From the NCBI GenBank assembly GCA_020353355.1, contig CP070694.1, positions 3,801,822 to 3,865,821 of the forward strand: 64,000 nt of DNA, written 5' to 3'. How positions within the stretch are numbered: position 1 is the stretch's first letter; every line of letters starts with the position of its first letter. Of the stretch, positions 58,270-64,000 are shown piece after piece. This DNA is from Desulfobacterales bacterium (GTDB taxonomy: Bacteria > Desulfobacterota > Desulfobacteria > Desulfobacterales > JAHEIW01). Both the position numbers and the translations under genes were made by a program. The notes under the pieces were generated by a model. That model saw only the letters and a list, made by a program, of their open reading frames with translations. It was not told the origin of the DNA and did no database searches.

Positions 58270-59100
58270 CTATGAATCCATAATGCAGAATTCTTCATAA
58301 CACTGTTTCTCATCCTCACAGTATGCCTGGAGCCGAAGCATCAGTTCATCATAATCCACCTGATGGCCATCAAATTCAGGTCCGTCCACACATGCGAATT
58401 TTGTTTGACCGCCAACCGTCACCCGGCAGCCACCGCACATGCCGGTGCCGTCCACCATTATCGGATTCAAGCTCACCAGAGTGCGGACATTGTATTCTTT
58501 GGTCATCTTGGACACAAACTTCATCATCGGCACCGGACCAATGGCAACGACCTGATCGATTTTTTCTCGCTCCAGAACTTCCTTTAAGACATCGGTAACA
58601 AACCCGTGGTGCCCGTATGAGCCGTCATCCGTGCAGACGAGCAGTTCATGGGAGGCAGCTTTCATCCGATCCTCTAAAATGAGCAAATCCTTGCTGCGGG
58701 CACCAATGATGCAAATTACGTGATTTCCGACCTCTTTCAGGGCACGCGTAATGGGGTGCAAGACGGCAATGCCGGTACCGCCGCCCACACATACCACCTT
58801 GCCAAGTTTCTGAATGTGAGTCGGCTTTCCCAGCGGCCCGATCACATCCTGATAGCCATCGCCCACCTGCAGGGTTTTAAATAAGGCTGTCGATTTGCCA
58901 ACCACCTGGTAAATAATGGTTATTGTGCCCTTTTCCGGGTCCGTTTCCGCCATTGTCAACGGAATCCGCTCACCGGTTTCATTGGCCTTTAAAATGACGA
59001 ACTGGCCCGGTTTGGCCTTGCGAGCAATCTTTAACGCCTCGATCTCGTTTAGAATTACCGTGCCATCAGACATCTCTTCACGGTGAACAATTTTAAACAT
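58270..59100 (-). CDS. nfnA: NADH-dependent reduced ferredoxin:NADP+ oxidoreductase small subunit (SudB/PyrK-like FAD/NAD-binding protein with 2Fe-2S)
   Basis: Ferredoxin-reductase-type fold with C-terminal CGGCRVTVGGQTKFACVDGPEF. The ATG at 59100 lies 5 nt after GGAGGG. The track start GTG is at 59139. Confidence 0.75.
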   Translation of the reverse strand: MFKIVHREEMSDGTVILNEIEALKIARKAKPGQFVILKANETGERIPLTMAETDPEKGTITIIYQVVGKSTALFKTLQVGDGYQDVIGPLGKPTHIQKLGKVVCVGGGTGIAVLHPITRALKEVGNHVICIIGARSKDLLILEDRMKAASHELLVCTDDGSYGHHGFVTDVLKEVLEREKIDQVVAIGPVPMMKFVSKMTKEYNVRTLVSLNPIMVDGTGMCGGCRVTVGGQTKFACVDGPEFDGHQVDYDELMLRLQAYCEDEKQCYEEFCIMDS

Positions 59101-59264
59101 TTTATCCCTCCAACCATTAACTCCAACTATTTTTACCACCGGCCTGGTCCCTCAGCTAACCGATGAATTATTCAGCCAAAGATGAAATAATCTCAAAAGA
59201 ATTGTTTTAAATCAAGGTAAAAATGTTGATATTCATAACTTGAACTGCTAAGGCGATGCTTGAA

Positions 59265-59376
59265 TCTGGCGGCTGGTCACTGGTAACTCGATACTCGATG
59301 CTCGATAATCCAAAATCGAAGGGCTGGTCGTTGGAAACTTGAAACGGGAGACCCGAAACTGGAAACTGATAACGGT
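59265..59376. repeat. 16 consecutive degenerate heptamers in a single phase
   Basis: Units tctggcg/gctggtc/actggta/actcgat/actcgat/gctcgat/aatccaa/aatcgaa/gggctgg/tcgttgg/aaacttg/aaacggg/agacccg/aaactgg/aaactga/taacggt. It sits in the divergent nfnA/tatD spacer. Confidence 0.8.
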
Positions 59377-59419
59377 CTATTTCAAAAGTCCGACAAATCA
59401 GTTTGAATTTTGAAAAAAC

Positions 59420-60202
59420 ATGAAGCTTTTTGACAGCCACTGCCATCTGGATGACAAACTATATTACAGAGACCTTGGAAGGGTATTGAAACGTGCCAAC
59501 AATGCCGGTGTTGTATGCATGCTGACCGTAGGGGTAAATCATAAAGGCTCGTCCCGAGCAGTCTCCCTGGCCGAATCGCAAACCGGAATTTTTGCATCAG
59601 TCGGTGTTCATCCCCACTATGCCAGATATTGTGGTAAAGCCACCATCGATTTTCTCATTAAGCTTGGCGCAAACCCTAGAGTTAAGGCATGGGGAGAAAT
59701 CGGACTGGATTTCAATCGCATGTACTCACCGCGGGAGGATCAAGAAAAATGGTTTATCAGGCAACTGCAAGCAGCCGCCAAGCTTCAGCTGCCGGTAATT
59801 TTCCATGAACGCGACAGCAACGGCCGTTTTTTGGAAATCCTGAAAAACCACGAGAACACGATAAGCAAGGGGGTCGTCCACTGTTTTAGCGGCAATCCGC
59901 AAGAATTAGAGCGCTATCTTAATTTTGGCTTATATATCGGCATCACCGGGATTCTGACCATGACGCAGCGTGGTGCAAGCCTGCGCAAAATGGTTCCGGA
60001 CATACCGGCAGATCGTCTGGTGGTTGAAACCGATGCTCCCTACCTGACGCCCGCGCCGGAAAAAAACCACACCCGCCGCAACGAACCCGACTTTGTCAAA
60101 TCCGTCCTATTGAAGCTTGCCAAGGTTCGTCGGCAAGATCCCGAGGAACTGGCTGATATCATATGGGACAATACGTGCAGATTATACAACCTTGAACCCT
60201 AA
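59420..60202 (+). CDS. tatD: TatD-family metal-dependent hydrolase/DNase
   Basis: DSHCHLD, GEIGLD, HERD, VHCFSG and ETDAPYL motifs. Confidence 0.9.
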   Translation: MKLFDSHCHLDDKLYYRDLGRVLKRANNAGVVCMLTVGVNHKGSSRAVSLAESQTGIFASVGVHPHYARYCGKATIDFLIKLGANPRVKAWGEIGLDFNRMYSPREDQEKWFIRQLQAAAKLQLPVIFHERDSNGRFLEILKNHENTISKGVVHCFSGNPQELERYLNFGLYIGITGILTMTQRGASLRKMVPDIPADRLVVETDAPYLTPAPEKNHTRRNEPDFVKSVLLKLAKVRRQDPEELADIIWDNTCRLYNLEP

Positions 60203-60219
60203 TCTTGGTCGCCATTAAT

Positions 60220-60362
60220 GGTTTCAGGTGACAAGTTTCAGAGGACAGAGGTCAGACGACAGAAGACAGATAAAAAACTGCGAGATGAAGCGACCTATCT
60301 GTCATCTGTTTTCTGTTCTCTGTCATCTGTTTTCTGACACCTGAACACCGACACCTGAAACC
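60220..60362. repeat. 143-nt imperfect hairpin built from complementary heptamer arrays between convergent genes
   Basis: Left units: ggtttca/ggtgaca/agtttca/gaggaca/gaggtca/gacgaca/gaagaca/gataaaa. Right units: tctgtca/tctgttt/tctgttc/tctgtca/tctgttt/tctgaca/cctgaac/accgaca/cctgaaa. The outer 11 nt (60220-60230 with 60352-60362) are perfectly complementary. The inner segment 60259-60272 pairs with 60296-60309 at 13/14. Confidence 0.85.
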
Positions 60363-61553
60363 TTATTTAGACATGAGGTGGGTGACGGCCTGCTCGAGCC
60401 CATCAATGGTCAGTTCAAACATCGGAAATATCTGGCGTATCTCACCGATGGTACGGGTATAATCCCACATGGAGGCAGATACTGGATTCAGCCAAACGCA
60501 GTGAGGAAAAGTTTCGGCCAGGAATTGGAGACACTCAATGCTCGGCACTCCGCTGCGTTCTTCCAGATGGATAGAGCCATCCGCTGCCCACAGCTCATAC
60601 GGCGCCATGCTGGCATCTCCCACAACAACCAGACGGGTTTCAGGATCGAAACGGGCAAACTCTTCAATCCGCAGCGGTTTTTTAAACCGCGCTGGATCTC
60701 CCCACAGATTGGAATAAATGGTGTTATGAAAAAAGTAGGTTTTTAGGTCTTTAAATTGAGCCCGGGCATAATCAAAAAGGGTTTGCACAACAGCAATATA
60801 AGGGTCCATGGACCAGCCGCCATTATCAATAGCAAGGATAACTTTCAGCCGGTCTTTCAAGGCCCGCTCGAAGACGATTTCGATCTCGCCACCATTTCGC
60901 ATGGTCTCATAAATGGTGGCATCGATATTAACTTGATCTTTGGGGCCCGCGGGCACTAAATTGCGCAACCGTTTCAAGGCTTCACCGACCAGCGCATGGG
61001 TAAGGGGTCCGCTCAAAGAATAGTCTTTATAGCGCCGGTCCATCGCCACTTTCACAGCCGACCTGCCGCGGGATACACCCCCGACTCGCATGCCGCCCGG
61101 ATGATGGCCTGAATGGCCTACCGGCGAAAAACCGCCAGTACCAATCCACTTGCTGCCTCCGTGATGCGCCTCGGTTTGCTCTTTCAAACGCTCTTTAAAA
61201 TATTCGATCAGCTCTTGCGGTGTAAGCTTCGCTAAAGCCGACGCATCCACCCCCAGTAATTCCGATAGCCCCTCGGGATTTTGCAGCCAGGACTCCAGCA
61301 GTACTTTGGCCAGCTCATCAATTTCAAATCCTTCATGATCCGGCAACTCGGCTCCTTGAAAATGATGGGCAAAGACTTGATCAAAAAGATCAAAATAGCG
61401 TTCGCTTTTCACTAAAATCGCCCGGGAAGCCGTATAAAAATCTTCTAAAGAATTGACCAATCCCTTGCTGAGTGCTTTCTGGAGAGTCAGAAACGATGTG
61501 GGGCTGACCGGAATCCCGTTGTCTTTTAATTTATAAAAAAAATCGACAAACAT
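60363..61553 (-). CDS. VWA-domain protein (CoxE-like partner of MoxR-type ATPases)
   Basis: 396 aa with the conserved N-terminus FVDFFYKLKDNGIPVS and a C-terminal VWA-like region. It lies immediately downstream of an AAA+ MoxR-like gene. Confidence 0.7.
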   Translation of the reverse strand: MFVDFFYKLKDNGIPVSPTSFLTLQKALSKGLVNSLEDFYTASRAILVKSERYFDLFDQVFAHHFQGAELPDHEGFEIDELAKVLLESWLQNPEGLSELLGVDASALAKLTPQELIEYFKERLKEQTEAHHGGSKWIGTGGFSPVGHSGHHPGGMRVGGVSRGRSAVKVAMDRRYKDYSLSGPLTHALVGEALKRLRNLVPAGPKDQVNIDATIYETMRNGGEIEIVFERALKDRLKVILAIDNGGWSMDPYIAVVQTLFDYARAQFKDLKTYFFHNTIYSNLWGDPARFKKPLRIEEFARFDPETRLVVVGDASMAPYELWAADGSIHLEERSGVPSIECLQFLAETFPHCVWLNPVSASMWDYTRTIGEIRQIFPMFELTIDGLEQAVTHLMSK

Positions 61554-61604
61554 AGGTTCACTTCGTTCACCGGTTTTGGATCGCTGCGCTAGAGGAGCGC
61601 TACG

Positions 61605-61703
61605 CTTTAGGATTGAGGCAAAAATTCAGGATTAGAGGCCATGTGCGGTCAAAAAATAATATTTTTTCGCCTCAAACCTCAGACCTCTAACCTTCAACTT
61701 TAT
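61605..61703. repeat. Complementary heptamer arrays in the MoxR-VWA spacer
   Basis: Left units are ctttagg/attgagg...ttagagg. Right units are gcctcaa/acctcag/acctcta/accttca/actttat. It shares the cctcaaac word with 7441-7448 and 52902-52909. Confidence 0.7.
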
Positions 61704-61728
61704 CTTTTAAGGCTTTGTCTTATGCGAT

Positions 61729-62580
61729 TTAGTTTAGCCTTCCCCCATTAACGGCAGCCTGCGCCCTGTGATAATCCTGGCTCTTTTTGAACAATACGCC
61801 CAGGTATGGCAGATTCCCCTCGGCTAACTGTTTTGGTTTAAAATCCGGATCCGATCTCAAGGCTCTGATCCAGTTTATCAGCTCTCGTGTGGCCGGCTTC
61901 TTTTCGATCGCATCCAGCCTCCGCATTTTGTAAAACGCGGTGATGGCATTTTCCATCAGCTCGCTGTCGAGATCCGGAAAGTGGACCCCAATTATTCGGC
62001 GCATCATATCCGCTTCCGGAAAAGCAATATGATGAAAATTACACCGCCCTAAAAATGGGTCGGACAAATCCTTTTTAGCATTTGAGGTGATGACGATAAC
62101 CGGCCGATAATTTGTTTTCATGGTTTTGTCGATTTCAATGATATCGAATTCCATCTGGTCCAGCACATCCAGCATGTCGTCCTGAAAATCGGAATCGGCT
62201 TTGTCTATTTCATCGATTAGCAATACCGTTCGAACATCCGAGGTAAATGCTTGGCCGATCTTACCCATTTTGATATAATCCTCGATATTGCTGACATCTC
62301 GCCTGGAATCACCGAAACGGCTGTCATTGAGACGTGTGAGGGTATCGTACTGATACAATGCATCCACAAGTTTCATGCTCGATTTCACGTTGAGTACAAT
62401 TAACGGCATTTTCAGGCTCTCTGCAATAGCGTGAGCCAGCATGGTCTTGCCGGTGCCGGGTTCCCCTTTCAGCAATAACGGCATCTCAAGGGCTATCGAT
62501 ATGTTCACAATTTTAGCCAATTCATCATCCAGTACGTAACGCGTCGCACCCCTAAACTTTTGTTCACTATTGGTATCCAC
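61729..62580 (-). CDS. AAA+ ATPase, MoxR/CoxD-like
   Basis: Walker A GEPGTGKT, Walker B LLIDEIDK, 283 aa. It is paired with the VWA gene. Confidence 0.8.
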   Translation of the reverse strand: MDTNSEQKFRGATRYVLDDELAKIVNISIALEMPLLLKGEPGTGKTMLAHAIAESLKMPLIVLNVKSSMKLVDALYQYDTLTRLNDSRFGDSRRDVSNIEDYIKMGKIGQAFTSDVRTVLLIDEIDKADSDFQDDMLDVLDQMEFDIIEIDKTMKTNYRPVIVITSNAKKDLSDPFLGRCNFHHIAFPEADMMRRIIGVHFPDLDSELMENAITAFYKMRRLDAIEKKPATRELINWIRALRSDPDFKPKQLAEGNLPYLGVLFKKSQDYHRAQAAVNGGRLN

Positions 62581-62729
62581 TATCTATCACCTCATTTTAG
62601 TATTTAAAGATCGCTCTTCTGGCCTTTTGAAAACTCCCTAAATTTTTTAAATTAACACGCGCCAATGAGTTTGGCAAGTTATAGATGCAAACACGGTACG
62701 CACAACTTGCTATGCGAAACTCGAAATGA

Positions 62730-62758
62730 TTGACACAACAATGCCCGGGTGTTATATT
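62730..62758 (+). promoter_or_regulatory. Sigma-70 promoter with extended -10 for the Cys-rich gene and tatA
   Basis: TTGACA (62730-62735), a 17-nt spacer ending in TGt, then TATATT (62753-62758). Confidence 0.55.
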
Positions 62759-62851
62759 CGAAGCCTACAAAAAAACACCAAACATTATTTGCCGAAAAAG
62801 CATATATTGCCGGTTTTTTTAAATAAATTAAGGTGCCAGTAGGATATTCTT

Positions 62852-63265
62852 GTGGCAGAAATCATATCCATAGACGAAAAGCTCGATCTTTCGAGAGAAA
62901 AAAAAGAAGCACTCATTCGAAAACGAAAGATCTTGGCTGTTCAAAAAGTATTTCAATGCACCCATTGCGCCTTTAAGTGTGAAAAGTGCGGCACCCAGAT
63001 TGAGCATGCACCTGAGCAAACCAATCAACTGAGCCGCGATCTGAGAGTGCCGTATAACTTTTGTGAGGCCTGCAAAGAAGAATATATTGATTACATTGAG
63101 CGATTAAAAGGCGGTGGGGATCCGGATTGTTACTGGCATAACGAGGCCTGGATTGATGCGTGGAGGCGATGGATTGATTATCAAAGCAGTGTGGACTGCT
63201 ATTTAAAATCAAAAGAATTCAACGAACTTCTGCAAGAATTCAAACAAACCAGGCCTGAGAAATAG
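62852..63265 (+). CDS. Cys-rich (zinc-ribbon-like) hypothetical protein
   Basis: [12 protein letters not shown] and CEACKEEY motifs, GTG start. It lies 8 nt upstream of tatA. Confidence 0.5.
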   Translation: MAEIISIDEKLDLSREKKEALIRKRKILAVQKVFQCTHCAFKCEKCGTQIEHAPEQTNQLSRDLRVPYNFCEACKEEYIDYIERLKGGGDPDCYWHNEAWIDAWRRWIDYQSSVDCYLKSKEFNELLQEFKQTRPEK

Positions 63266-63273
63266 GAGGAACT

Positions 63274-63465
63274 ATGTTTGGACTTGGACCCTGGGAACTC
63301 GGAATTATCCTGGTGATCGTGCTGATTATTTTTGGTGCAGGAAAACTTCCGGAAATAGGTGCGGGAATTGGCAAAGGCATCAAGAATTTCAAAAAAGGCA
63401 TGACCGAAGCCGAAGCCGAAAAAAAAGAAGAACCCGAAAAGATTGAAGAAGGTAAAGATTCCTAA
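63274..63465 (+). CDS. tatA: Twin-arginine translocase subunit TatA/E
   Basis: 63 aa with an N-terminal TM helix followed by the [10 protein letters not shown] hinge and an amphipathic helix. GGAGGA RBS is present. Confidence 0.9.
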   Translation: MFGLGPWELGIILVIVLIIFGAGKLPEIGAGIGKGIKNFKKGMTEAEAEKKEEPEKIEEGKDS

Positions 63466-63659
63466 TTCTATGAATTCAACCGCCGATGGTCACAGCAATA
63501 TCTTGATTTCGCGGGGCAGTTTGAATTTAGGTTCAGACTGCCCTTTGCACCCCGGACAGACGTTCCCTTTTTAGCAAAACGGCTGCATGGCAGCATCTGC
63601 CCGCTGAAACCTCATTGCCCGGCACTAAAACTACCCCACGGAAAATCTATTCACTTCCG

Positions 63660-64000
63660 CTAAAACGGTATATCATCATCATCTTGGGCCGGAACTTGCG
63701 TGCCGGAAAAATCAGGCGGCGGAACATCATCGGATCGCGCGGATTCGGCTTGATCTCTGGAGCCCAGCATCAGCATCTGACCGGCGACGATTTCGGTGGT
63801 GTATCGTTTAATACCTTCCCGATCTTCCCAATCACGGGTTTGAATGCGACCCTCAATATAAACCTGTCTGCCCTTGGATAAATACTCCCCGCATATTTCT
63901 CCCAATCTGCCGAATGCAACGATTCGATGCCATTCCGTGCGCGTCTCTCTTTCACCTTCTTTGTTAGTCCAGGTTTCCGAGGTGGCCATACTGAAATTCG
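63660..64000 (-). CDS. ssb: Single-stranded DNA-binding protein, N-terminus outside the window
   Basis: OB-fold C-terminal part ([39 protein letters not shown]), a disordered tail, and the terminal DDDIPF. The frame is open to the window edge. Confidence 0.9.
   Translation of the reverse strand, partial: NFSMATSETWTNKEGERETRTEWHRIVAFGRLGEICGEYLSKGRQVYIEGRIQTRDWEDREGIKRYTTEIVAGQMLMLGSRDQAESARSDDVPPPDFSGTQVPAQDDDDIPF

Noticed and set aside
1124-61703. CRISPR arrays
   Set aside because: The repeats are 7-nt tandem units with no spacers and no 25-40-nt repeat periodicity. No cas genes are present.
1-64000. Mobile elements, prophage or defence islands
   Set aside because: I found no transposase, integrase, recombinase, phage structural, restriction-modification, toxin-antitoxin or nuclease/helicase defence-type ORFs. 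No flanking tRNA or direct-repeat boundaries are present.

Overview
Gene-dense 64-kb chromosomal window with about 57 protein genes. I found no rRNA, tRNA, CRISPR array, transposase or integrase. Gene content suggests an anaerobic Desulfobacterota-like (deltaproteobacterial) genome: NfnAB, a signal-peptide CbiK behind a cobalamin riboswitch, non-pyrrolysine MttB methyltransferases, an HgdB-like dehydratase and an ECF-ThiW module. This taxonomic call is inference only.

Layout by coordinate:
- 1-2.4 kb: LivGF plus a substrate-binding protein.
- 2.6-5.7 kb: a rhomboid-TPR gene and a zinc-ribbon/TPR membrane gene, convergent.
- 6.6-14.2 kb: one minus-strand operon of HAD hydrolase, MBL hydrolase, a five-gene Opp/Dpp-type ABC importer and a metallophosphoesterase.
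- 14.5-18.8 kb: a CheY-like regulator, an ECF sigma factor, and a Cpx-like envelope-stress module (Spy/CpxP-like gene, OmpR-type regulator, kinase).
- 19.3-25 kb: YbjQ-domain protein, HgdB-like protein, small Cys protein, secreted serpin, NadE.
- 25.4-42.6 kb: an N-methyl amine and acetate island. It holds DUF1786, MFS, MttB-1, Acs, GNAT, HDAC-type deacetylase, a second Acs-like ligase, a MetH-activation-domain protein, SoxGADB and MttB-2.
- 42.6-45.6 kb: hybrid histidine kinase plus HDOD protein.
- 45.7-47 kb: cobalamin riboswitch and cbiK.
- 47.2-64 kb: beta-CASP nuclease, lnt, prfB (classic +1 frameshift), thiE-thiW-ecfAA'T, nfnAB, tatD, MoxR/VWA pair, tatA, ssb.

Most notable observations:
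1. At least eleven intergenic regions carry degenerate tandem heptanucleotide arrays. They are often paired with a complementary array to give long imperfect hairpins.
2. Four single-base anomalies sit at translation signals: two ATT codons where ATG is expected, and two in-frame TAA codons, in soxA and in the hybrid kinase.
3. The composition of the MttB/Sox/Acs island is unusual, including a lysine acetylation module between two acyl-CoA synthetases.
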